The notes under the pieces were generated by a model. That model saw only the letters and a list, made by a program, of their open reading frames with translations. It was not told where the DNA came from and made no database searches. From Rhodospirillaceae bacterium (GTDB taxonomy: Bacteria > Pseudomonadota > Alphaproteobacteria > Rhodospirillales > Rhodospirillaceae), in the NCBI GenBank assembly GCA_965228575.1, contig CBDDHW010000007.1:6076-70075 (forward strand): a stretch of 64,000 bases of DNA. The letters are read 5' to 3'. Both the position numbers and the translations under genes were made by a program. This document shows positions 10,866 through 19,353 of this stretch, one piece after another; positions within the stretch are counted from its first letter, which is position 1; each line of letters begins with the position of its first letter.

Positions 10866-11369
10866 ATGATTGTCGCCGGCTTTATTGTTCTGCTTTTGGG
10901 GCTCACGATTCTGACCCACTACTATGGGCTGCGAGTGATTACGGAAATTGTTGAAGTCGTAAAAATATCGCCGCAGGCCCGGATGGTCGTGGTGGTCTTC
11001 GGCGTAATCATTGTTCATACGATTGAAATCGCTACGTATGCCGCGGGGTACCTCGTTGCGGACCGTATACCGGGTACCGGTGAGTTTGCAGGTCTGCACG
11101 AAGGGTTGATCTCTGCGTCCGCTGCCATCGCCGCAACGCCGCGCACAGGGTTGTCGCTTACGTTTTACGACTATTTTTATTTTTCCGCCGAAACGTTTGC
11201 CTCCCTGGGTTTGGGGGACATCTACCCCATCGGGGATATACGGCTGATCGCAAGCTTCGAGGTGCTCAGCGGTCTCATCTTGATCGGGTGGTCAGCGTCT
11301 TTCACCTATATCGCGATGCGGAAATTTTGGGAGCTTCACGTGGGCGCCCCGCGCTGGTTACAGGACTGA
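10866..11369 (+). CDS. Small two-TM ion-channel (Ion_trans_2-like pore) protein
   Basis: 167 aa. Pore-helix/filter-like segment FYFSAETFASLGLGDIYP followed by a TM helix. See findings for the non-canonical filter. Confidence 0.6.
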   Translation: MIVAGFIVLLLGLTILTHYYGLRVITEIVEVVKISPQARMVVVVFGVIIVHTIEIATYAAGYLVADRIPGTGEFAGLHEGLISASAAIAATPRTGLSLTFYDYFYFSAETFASLGLGDIYPIGDIRLIASFEVLSGLILIGWSASFTYIAMRKFWELHVGAPRWLQD

Positions 11370-11457
11370 CGCGTTGCCTCAAGAATGCCTTACACCGGCC
11401 TTAGGGAAGCCTAAATAAATGCGTTGTATGGTTCCTGGACCTTTAGGGAACTGAACC

Positions 11458-11571
11458 ATGAAAAGCTTAGATCGCTTTTTCGACTTCTACGGCCGTTTTA
11501 CACCGCGCTGGTTTAGCGATGCGGCTGCGGCGGCTCTCGCCCTTGGTGTAATTGTCTTGATTCTTGGATGA
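11458..11571 (+). CDS. Candidate 37-aa tail-anchored small membrane protein
   Basis: Below the ORF-track cutoff. ATG 11458 gives MKSLDRFFDFYGRFTPRWFSDAAAAALALGVIVLILG*. There is no strong Shine-Dalgarno and this is the only support. Confidence 0.2.
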   Translation: MKSLDRFFDFYGRFTPRWFSDAAAAALALGVIVLILG

Positions 11572-11581
11572 GGGCGTTCGC

Positions 11582-12679
11582 TCACGCGATGCGATTAAAC
11601 CACATCATCGAGAGCAGTGCGGACATGACCGCAAGCGCCACGGCAATGGCGGAAAACAGAGCTGTGATTTCCGTCTCTTTCTTCTCCAACACGAGTTGAG
11701 TGTTGAGACCCTGATAGATTTTTTTCAAATCACTCGCATTTCCTGCGTAGAAATACTCGCCGCGGGTGATGTCAGCGATTGATTTAAGGGTGTCTTCGTC
11801 AAGGCGAACGCGCATCGACCATCCTTCGAAACCCAAGGTCGCCCCTGCCGCAGTACCAACGCCAACGGTATACACCCGAACGCCGCGTTCGGCCGCCATC
11901 CGTGCGGCTTCAATCGGATCAGGCCCGGTGGTGGCTTGGCCATCGGTGAGAAGAATAATGACCGCCGACTGGTAAGACCCGGGTTCAACCGGCTCGTTAT
12001 TCTCTTCGGCTTCTTCCTCGCCGCCCATAATCGGGCCGAGATTTCTTTCCATATCGCCGCGCACGCCCCCGCCCAGCGGTGCGCCTCTGCGGCGGTAATC
12101 GCGCCAGCGGCTCCTATTCATCGGGCCGAGATCAAAATTTGCGCCAGGAAAGAGTTCCTGTAGGGCGACCAAGATCCCGCTGCCGATGGCGGTTCCGCGG
12201 TGGGTGGTGAACCGTTCGATGGCGCCGATTACATCCTCGCGGGCATGGGTGGGACGTTGAACGGTCAATGCTGATCCCGCAAATGCCACCACACCGACCC
12301 GGGTTGTCCGGGGTTGCTCGTTCACAAATGTGCGCGCCGCATCTTGCGCGGCGACCAGCCGGCTGGGCTCGACATCGACAGCGCGCATACTGCCGGAAAC
12401 ATCCATCGCCAAAATAACGGTGTCCCGTTGAGACGGAAGCGTGATCACAGCCGCCGGGCGGGCGATGGCGGTGATCATAATAATGAGAGCGGCCAGAAAC
12501 AGGAGCGGCGGGACGTGACGGCGAAACTTCTGACCCGCACCCATGGCGTCTTTAACCATGCTCAGGCTCGCGTATCGCACCGCTGTGAGTTTTTTGCGCC
12601 TCATCAGCAAGATATAGGCTGCGATGAGCAACGGTATCGTTACGAGCAACCAGAGAAGATTAGGCCACAGAAACGTCAA
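11582..12679 (-). CDS. VWA domain-containing membrane protein (BatA-like)
   Basis: 365 aa. N-terminal TM, MIDAS-type VILAMDVSGSM, and a C-terminal TM. Overlaps the DUF58 gene end. Confidence 0.8.
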   Translation of the reverse strand: MTFLWPNLLWLLVTIPLLIAAYILLMRRKKLTAVRYASLSMVKDAMGAGQKFRRHVPPLLFLAALIIMITAIARPAAVITLPSQRDTVILAMDVSGSMRAVDVEPSRLVAAQDAARTFVNEQPRTTRVGVVAFAGSALTVQRPTHAREDVIGAIERFTTHRGTAIGSGILVALQELFPGANFDLGPMNRSRWRDYRRRGAPLGGGVRGDMERNLGPIMGGEEEAEENNEPVEPGSYQSAVIILLTDGQATTGPDPIEAARMAAERGVRVYTVGVGTAAGATLGFEGWSMRVRLDEDTLKSIADITRGEYFYAGNASDLKKIYQGLNTQLVLEKKETEITALFSAIAVALAVMSALLSMMWFNRIA

Positions 12680-13610
12680 GGTTTGCTTCCAAATGTTTTG
12701 GCAACCCGCCTGCTGCCTGTTGGCTGCGGCGTTTGCGTAAATCCGCGAATCTTAGAATAGCATCTATCAAATCATCGGTGGTGGACAACTCCAGAGTATC
12801 AACGCCAGCGCTTGCAAGGGCTCCGCGGAGCTCGGATTCGCGGGCCAGCGCCATGGCGGCGAATCGCTTGCGAAAACCTTTATCATGGGTATCGACAAAG
12901 ATTTGCTCGCCGGTTTCTGAATCCTGCATCGTTATAAGACCTAGGTCTGGGAGATCCATTTCCAAGGCATCGTACAGCCTGACTGCGACAAGTTCGTGGC
13001 GCCGTGCCATGCGGGCCAAGGGATGGGCCCATCCGGGGGTGCTGATAAAATCGGACACCAGAAACACGAGAGACCGGCGCTTGATGATTTGGTTCGCCGT
13101 GGTGATGAAATCGGACAGGTCGGTTTCCGGAGCGTTCGGCATTTCGGGCCGGTTCATGAGGCTGTTTAAGATGTGCAGCACGTGTTCCCGGCCACTGCGC
13201 GGGTGGATGACGGTGTCAACGCCTCCGCCGTAAAGCAGAACGCCCGCGCGGTTTCCATGCCTGGTCAAAAGGCGCGTCAGAACGCCGATGAATTCAGTGA
13301 GCACGGTGCGCTTTTTCACCTCCATTGATCCGAAATCGATCGAGGGGCTGAGATCGAGGAGAAACCACGCGGTGACCTCCCGATCTTCGGTGTATTCGCG
13401 CACGTAAGGGGCTTGCATGCGCGCCGTGACATTCCAGTCGATATGCCGAACGTCGTCGCGAAGCTGGTACTCGCGAATATCAGCGAGATCTAAACCGAAC
13501 CCGCGAAACAATGACCGGTAGTTGCCATGCAACAGGCCATCCAGCTTGCGGATCACCGTCCACTCGAGGCGGCGCAGGAGCGCGTCAGGACTGTGCGGCA
13601 ACGGAGACAT
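12660..13610 (-). CDS. DUF58 domain-containing protein
   Basis: 316 aa with the typical G..F.G.REY..GD..R.IDW pattern (FRGFGLDLADIREYQLRDDVRHIDWN). Classic partner of MoxR. Confidence 0.8.
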   Translation of the reverse strand: MSPLPHSPDALLRRLEWTVIRKLDGLLHGNYRSLFRGFGLDLADIREYQLRDDVRHIDWNVTARMQAPYVREYTEDREVTAWFLLDLSPSIDFGSMEVKKRTVLTEFIGVLTRLLTRHGNRAGVLLYGGGVDTVIHPRSGREHVLHILNSLMNRPEMPNAPETDLSDFITTANQIIKRRSLVFLVSDFISTPGWAHPLARMARRHELVAVRLYDALEMDLPDLGLITMQDSETGEQIFVDTHDKGFRKRFAAMALARESELRGALASAGVDTLELSTTDDLIDAILRFADLRKRRSQQAAGGLPKHLEANLDVSVA

Positions 13611-14601
13611 GAGCCTCGAGGGGTTTTTCGGGTGCGGCGATATGTCCCATTATTTTTTCAATCACCTGATCGGTTGTCAGAGAATCCGCGAGCGCTTCGT
13701 AGGACAACACAATGCGATGGCGCAGAACGTCTGGAGCTAAGTCTTTGACATCGTCGGGGAGGACGTAGTCTCGTCCGCGCAAGAACGAAAGCGCCCGTGC
13801 GCCTTCAATAAGGTTGATCGACGCCCGCGGGCTGGCGCCAAAGGTGATGTACTTGGCTAAATCCTCGATCCCATACTTTTGCGGATCGCGCGTGGCCGCC
13901 GCCAATTTGACCGCATACTGCATGAGCGCCGGGTCTACATAGGCGCTGCGGCATTTTTCTTGCGCCGCCAGCAACTGGTCTGTGGTTGTGACCGCGGCGA
14001 CCGCAGCCGCAGCCCCCGTGACCCGTTCGACGATTACAAATTCTTCTTCTTCAGTTGGGTATCCGACCACCACTTTCATCATGAAACGGTCGACTTGCGC
14101 TTCGGGCAAGGGGTAGGTGCCTTCGGTTTCAATGGGGTTTTGAGTGGCCATCACCAGGAATGGTTGGGGAACTTTATGGGATTCACCAGCGATGGTGACC
14201 TGGTATTCCTGCATGACCTCAAGTAGGGCGCTCTGAACTTTCGCCGGTGCGCGGTTGATTTCATCAGCGAGCAACAGGTTGGCAAAGACCGGGCCTAAGG
14301 TCGTTGAAAAATCACCGGTCTTGAGATTGTAAATTCGCGTGCCGATCAAATCAGCGGGAACAAGGTCGGGCGTGAATTGAATACGTTTGAAACTCCCGCG
14401 AATGGTTTCCGCTAAGGTTTTGACGGTCAAAGTTTTGGCGAGGCCCGGAACGCCCTCAACAAGCAAGTGACCTTGCGCGAGGATTGCTACAAGGACGCGT
14501 TCTAAAAAATGGTCTTGGCCCACGACCACTTTTTTGACTTCGTAGAGCACCCGTTCCATTAGGGCTGAGACGTCAGTGCTCATCGGTTCATTAGTGTCCA
14601 T
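13585..14601 (-). CDS. MoxR-family AAA+ ATPase
   Basis: 338 aa with HLLVEGVPGLAKT (Walker A), LLADEINRAP (Walker B) and the MoxR C-terminal lid. Confidence 0.9.
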   Translation of the reverse strand: MDTNEPMSTDVSALMERVLYEVKKVVVGQDHFLERVLVAILAQGHLLVEGVPGLAKTLTVKTLAETIRGSFKRIQFTPDLVPADLIGTRIYNLKTGDFSTTLGPVFANLLLADEINRAPAKVQSALLEVMQEYQVTIAGESHKVPQPFLVMATQNPIETEGTYPLPEAQVDRFMMKVVVGYPTEEEEFVIVERVTGAAAAVAAVTTTDQLLAAQEKCRSAYVDPALMQYAVKLAAATRDPQKYGIEDLAKYITFGASPRASINLIEGARALSFLRGRDYVLPDDVKDLAPDVLRHRIVLSYEALADSLTTDQVIEKIMGHIAAPEKPLEAHVSVAAQS

Positions 14602-14625
14602 ATGATCCCGTTTCGTGTCTAAAGG

Positions 14626-15555
14626 TTAGAACGGCGACATGCCGGCGGCCGACGCCGCATTTTCAATGGGTACCGCGAACCCGATGCCGATAAAGACCCG
14701 GTGTTCCGACGGATTAAGAATACCGGTGACGATTCCCACGACTTCACCGTTTGCTGTCACCAAAGGGCCCCCGGAGTTTCCCGGATTGGCCGCTGCATCG
14801 AATTGAATGAGATTGGAGAGCACGCGCTCGCCTTCCGGGGTGCGGTACTCTCGGCGCAAGCCTGAGATGACGCCCGCCGAAACCGAAGGTCCGATTTCAA
14901 AAGGAAAGCCGACAGTGATGACATCGTCGCCCAAAGCGAGATCGTCGGTCGAACGCAAGGTGGCGGGCGTAAGATCGTCTGGCAGTGTGGACGCCTGGAG
15001 GACGGCGAGATCATTTTCGGGCTGAACGGAAATCACGTTGGCCTCGGACTCAGATCCGTCGAAAAAAATTATTCTTAAAGCTTGGGCGGCACCGACCACG
15101 TGGAAGTTGGTGAGGATGATTCCGCTTTCCACGATGACAACCCCGGTCCCGGTGCCCTCTACTTCCTCCTCGCCGCTGTCTTCGTCGGTCCGCAGAGCTT
15201 GCACGCGAACGACCGAGGGCCGAACAATTTCGTAGGCTTGAGACGCCATCGAGGGCTCGGGCGGTAGATTCTCAAGAGAATGCAGGACCGCGAGATCGAT
15301 ATCCTCCTGTGTCAGAGAGAAGGGGGTGGCGATGTAGGCGTAGCCTAAAATCGCGAGGAGCGTGAAGACGCCGCTGCCCACCGCCAGAACGGCTCGATCA
15401 TGGCGGCCATAAAACCGGCGCCACCAACTTGTCTTGGGCGAGGCGTGTTCCGATGTCTCGGTGCTCGCGTCCGTGCGCGCATTGACCTGGCCAACTCTAT
15501 GGTTGGCTGGTGTGCGTCCGCGATTTGAGCGGCTATACAGGCTGACGCGGTTCAT
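14626..15555 (-). CDS. Membrane-anchored trypsin-like (S1C) serine protease without a PDZ domain
   Basis: Catalytic triad contexts TNFHVV, NDLAVL and GNSGGPLV, with one TM helix (AVLAVGSGVFTLLAILGYAYI). ATG at 15555 has GGAG 8 nt upstream. An alternative GTG lies at 15597. Confidence 0.8.
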   Translation of the reverse strand: MNRVSLYSRSNRGRTPANHRVGQVNARTDASTETSEHASPKTSWWRRFYGRHDRAVLAVGSGVFTLLAILGYAYIATPFSLTQEDIDLAVLHSLENLPPEPSMASQAYEIVRPSVVRVQALRTDEDSGEEEVEGTGTGVVIVESGIILTNFHVVGAAQALRIIFFDGSESEANVISVQPENDLAVLQASTLPDDLTPATLRSTDDLALGDDVITVGFPFEIGPSVSAGVISGLRREYRTPEGERVLSNLIQFDAAANPGNSGGPLVTANGEVVGIVTGILNPSEHRVFIGIGFAVPIENAASAAGMSPF

Positions 15556-15791
15556 CGAGGGCTCCAGCTTAGCGGCATCACAATACCTTGTGACCAAGAA
15601 GGGTATTCAAATTCCAAGTTGAAACAAAGGTGCAAATCCCCGTGATTCGGACACAGGTATGAGAGTTTTGTAATAAATGCCCGAATCTCGCAGGGTTTTT
15701 GCCCTTGAGAAGGAGGAGCCCGGCGCGTTTGTCACACAGTTGCCAATATCACCGGCGCAGTATAGGGACACCAAGCGCAAGGAGTCCTGAC

Positions 15792-16400
15792 ATGTCAGTT
15801 CGTTTTTATCTCGTCATACTTTGTTTTCTCGCGGGCCTTGGTGTCGCGAGCGCGGCACCTGGGGCCGACGATCCAGCGGCGCCGGTGAACGCGCTGCATG
15901 AGACCCTTCTGTACAACATGGAAAATGCCGCGATGCTTAGATTCGAAGGTCGTCGAGCGCGCTTGGAGCCGGTCGTCCGGGAGTCTTTCGATCTTGAGAC
16001 CATGGCACGCGTGTCCATCGGTGCGCCGTGGCGCGAGGTCGATGACGAAACCCGCGCACGGCTTGTTGACGCGTTTACGGACTGGACGATCGCGAACTAC
16101 GCCGCGCAATTTTCCGCCTACGACGGAGAGCGCTTTGACGTTGCCGGTACCTCCGATGCGGGCCGCGGGAACATTTTGGTCAACACGCACCTCATTGCAG
16201 ATAGTGAAACGATTGCGCTGAACTACCGTCTCCGCCGGTCTGACGACCGGTGGCGCATTGTCGACATCTATTTGGACGGTGCGGTCAGCCAACTCGCAAT
16301 GCGGCGCGGCGAATTTGCGTCGGTGCTAGGAAATGGGGGCATCGATCAACTCATCGCGCACATGCGCGCGCAAACCTCGAAACTGGCCTCGGGGGATTAG
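15792..16400 (+). CDS. MlaC/Ttg2D-family periplasmic lipid-binding protein, HpnM-like
   Basis: Start at MSVRFYLVILCFLAGLGVASA (signal peptide, AAGGAG upstream). MlaC-like core ...FDLETMARVSIGAPWREV..., ...WRIVDIYLDGAVSQLAMRRGEF. The HpnM assignment is inferred from the nearby HpnN-like gene. Confidence 0.65.
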   Translation: MSVRFYLVILCFLAGLGVASAAPGADDPAAPVNALHETLLYNMENAAMLRFEGRRARLEPVVRESFDLETMARVSIGAPWREVDDETRARLVDAFTDWTIANYAAQFSAYDGERFDVAGTSDAGRGNILVNTHLIADSETIALNYRLRRSDDRWRIVDIYLDGAVSQLAMRRGEFASVLGNGGIDQLIAHMRAQTSKLASGD

Positions 16401-16466
16401 GCGTTTGGTGTTGGCGGGCGTCTTGGGAGGGACTCGAACGAGACTTTATCTTGACGCCCCGAGTTA

Positions 16467-17507
16467 TTAAGACGGGGCGTAATCTCCGGGTCCTAGGCCC
16501 TCTAGGTGCTCTTCCTGGAATACCTGAATGGCGCCGACAACCTCCGCAGAATCCTTAAACCGCGCAATGTGAAACAAGGCGTCTCCCTCAGAGATAATCG
16601 GAAGGTTCGTTCGCCCAACCACAATACCTGTGAACGGTGCAACGACTTCACTCTCGTTTTCTCCAAAAGGATCGGAGACCAATCCAAGCCGTTCACCCTT
16701 TCTTACCTGTGAGCCAGCTTGTTTTGTCGCCCTGAAAATTCCTGCTGATGGGGCGCGGACCCAAGATGATGATCTTGCAATAATTGGAACAACTGGTGAT
16801 CTACTTTTTTTCGTTTGGGGTATCATTCCAATCTCTCGCATGACATTGCGAATACCGCGCACGCCTGCGCGAATCGCCAGTGAATCAAACCGAAGCGCTT
16901 CGCCAGCCTCATACAATAGGATTGGAATGCCTTTTTCAGCTGCTATTTGACGCAAGGATCCATCTCGTATGTTTGCATTGATTATCACGGGCGTGCCAAA
17001 CGCTCGTGCTAACTTCTCGGTGGCCGGTTCATCGAGATTAGCTCGGATATGGGGGTGATTAAATCGATGTATACCGCCGGTGTGTAGGTCAATTCCGTGA
17101 GTGCATTGATCCAAAATTTCTTGGGCAAATACGGAAGCGATACGCGAGGCGAGTGACCCGTGTTCGGTTCCCGGAAACGAACGATTCAGGTCGCGGCGAT
17201 CCGGCAGGTAGCGGGAATGGACCAAAAATCCATACACATTGACAATCGGAACCGCCACGAGCGTGCCTTGCAACCTATCCATTCCCGGCCGTCCGAGGAG
17301 CTGGCGAATAATTTCAACACCGTTAATTTCGTCTCCATGTATCGCCGCGCATACAAATAGCTTGGGTCCTTCACGACGTCCGTGAATCACATGAACCGGC
17401 ATAGCGATGGGCGTGTAGGTTGAAAGTCCGGGAAGCTCTAAATTGATAGAGGCACGCGACCCGGGGGAAATCTCATTCCCGCCAATTAAAAATGGCGGGC
17501 GAATCAT
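16467..17507 (-). CDS. Succinylglutamate desuccinylase/aspartoacylase (AstE/AspA, M14-like) family protein
   Basis: 346 aa with the zinc-site context AAIHGDEINGVEI. TGATG overlap with the rimK stop. Confidence 0.8.
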   Translation of the reverse strand: MIRPPFLIGGNEISPGSRASINLELPGLSTYTPIAMPVHVIHGRREGPKLFVCAAIHGDEINGVEIIRQLLGRPGMDRLQGTLVAVPIVNVYGFLVHSRYLPDRRDLNRSFPGTEHGSLASRIASVFAQEILDQCTHGIDLHTGGIHRFNHPHIRANLDEPATEKLARAFGTPVIINANIRDGSLRQIAAEKGIPILLYEAGEALRFDSLAIRAGVRGIRNVMREIGMIPQTKKSRSPVVPIIARSSSWVRAPSAGIFRATKQAGSQVRKGERLGLVSDPFGENESEVVAPFTGIVVGRTNLPIISEGDALFHIARFKDSAEVVGAIQVFQEEHLEGLGPGDYAPS

Positions 17508-18412
17508 CAGCCTTTCCCTCTGGTTTTCGTCTTATTGTGTTGCGCGTTTTTTTCCATGAATTCAATAATCATTCCGGCGATATCCTTACCGGTTGCGTTC
17601 TCGATGCCTTCTAGACCTGGTGAAGAATTGACTTCCATTACTACAGGGCCGTGATTAGAGCGAAGCATGTCTACGCCACAAACGTTCAAGCCTAGCGCCT
17701 TCGCGGAGCGCACAGCCGTTGACCGCTCTTCAGGCGTAATTTTAATTGTTTTCGCGGACCCGCCTCGATGAAGATTAGATCTGAAATCATCTGCGGCGCC
17801 TGAACGCATCATGGCGGCGACAACTTTGCCACCGATTACAAACGCTCGAATATCTGCTCCTCCTGCTTCTTTAATAAACTCCTGCACGAGAATATTTGCG
17901 TTTAGGCCAGCGAACGCTTCTATCATGCTCTTTGCAGAGGATGGCGTTTCTCCGAGGACGACACCAATGCCCTGGGTTCCTTCGAGCAACTTAATAACAC
18001 AAGGCGTGCCACCCACAATTTCAAGTAAGTCGTCGGGTTCGCCGCTGTGGTGCGCGAACGCTGTGACGGGCAAGCCGATTCCAGCGCGTGACAGAATTTG
18101 CATACTGCGAAGTTTATCGCGGGACCGGCCGATAGCGACCGATTCATTAAGAGGAAACACGCCCATCATTTCAAATTGACGAAGAACGGCAAGGCCGAAG
18201 AACGTGATAGATGCGCCAATTCTCGGTATTACGGCGTCGATACCCGTCAATGTTTCTCCCTTGTACCGCACCTCCGGGTGATGGGAAGCGATATCAACAT
18301 AACATCGAAGGGTATTGATAATTTGAATATCGTGACCCCGTTCTTCTGCAGCCTCAACCAATCTTTTGTGAGAGTACAAATTTGGATTACGAGCCATCAT
18401 GGCAATTTTCAT
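17507..18412 (-). CDS. rimK: RimK-type ATP-grasp alpha-L-glutamate ligase
   Basis: Starts at [27 protein letters not shown] (GAAGGA upstream). ATP-grasp body and [31 protein letters not shown]. Confidence 0.9.
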   Translation of the reverse strand: MKIAMMARNPNLYSHKRLVEAAEERGHDIQIINTLRCYVDIASHHPEVRYKGETLTGIDAVIPRIGASITFFGLAVLRQFEMMGVFPLNESVAIGRSRDKLRSMQILSRAGIGLPVTAFAHHSGEPDDLLEIVGGTPCVIKLLEGTQGIGVVLGETPSSAKSMIEAFAGLNANILVQEFIKEAGGADIRAFVIGGKVVAAMMRSGAADDFRSNLHRGGSAKTIKITPEERSTAVRSAKALGLNVCGVDMLRSNHGPVVMEVNSSPGLEGIENATGKDIAGMIIEFMEKNAQHNKTKTRGKG

Positions 18413-18491
18413 GTAATCGCTTCCTTCTGATTGCAATAAACTGCGGAGGAGTGCCGCTCGCCTGTAGACATTCTAATTGATTGGTGCGCAG

Positions 18492-18965
18492 TCATTGGGT
18501 CTTTTTCAACGTAAATGATTTTGCGGGATCGACCAGCAATTTACGCCGGAGGGCTTGGCGGCCTAAAAGCATTCTAAAGCCCATTTCGTCGCGATTAATA
18601 AGAGATAATTCTATCGGCCAACGCATATCTCCAATCCAAAGAGTCGTGCGGATGATATATCGCTCAGACGATTTTCCTCCTGAATCAGTGATGTTCCGCT
18701 TATCTATTACCAGGGCCGTACAGTTAATTTCGGGGTGCCGCTGCCTCTGTAACGGGTGGGCTTTAAAATTGACGTAAGTCGCGCCACTTTTGGTAAACGT
18801 GGATATTTTAAAGGCATGCAATGCGGATGTGCGCGCGCCCGTATCCACTTTCACTTTAATCTGATCAATGCCGAGGTCAGGTAATCCCACCCATTCCCGC
18901 CAACCGATGGCAAGTTTTTGACGTTTTGTGCCGATTTGAAGTTTGGAACCGAGTTTTGCGGACAT
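18492..18965 (-). CDS. RimK-associated DUF785 / retropepsin-like 'ATP-dependent zinc protease' family protein
   Basis: 157 aa with IGWREWVGLPDLGIDQIKVKVDTGARTSALHA, typical of the family that precedes rimK. Confidence 0.8.
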   Translation of the reverse strand: MSAKLGSKLQIGTKRQKLAIGWREWVGLPDLGIDQIKVKVDTGARTSALHAFKISTFTKSGATYVNFKAHPLQRQRHPEINCTALVIDKRNITDSGGKSSERYIIRTTLWIGDMRWPIELSLINRDEMGFRMLLGRQALRRKLLVDPAKSFTLKKTQ

Positions 18966-19353
18966 GCTACCGGTTGTTTTTGTTCACCACGTCATAATCG
19001 AATACTATAGCAGTGTTGTCTAGCCTGAGCGCGATAGGCATTTGTGACTGTTTTTCACCGATAGCGACCAGCAGGTCTTTACATATGTTATTCCCAAGTG
19101 TTCATGCGGTAGGCTTGTTACTGCTCACGCCGTTTTTTTGTTTGCGAAAGAGCGCGTACCGATGACGACGGTGGCATTGGTTCTTCCACAAACATCATGG
19201 TGGTATCTATCGCCCAGAATAGGGGCGTTCCGCTCATTGCGATGTTCGATGTCCTGCATGTGATCGCCATTGCGGCAATACCGGCTCTCATTTTTTTTGT
19301 GGCTTGTCGCGCCACGGCTTCATTCTGCAACGGACGCCTCGATCCAGAGCAGT

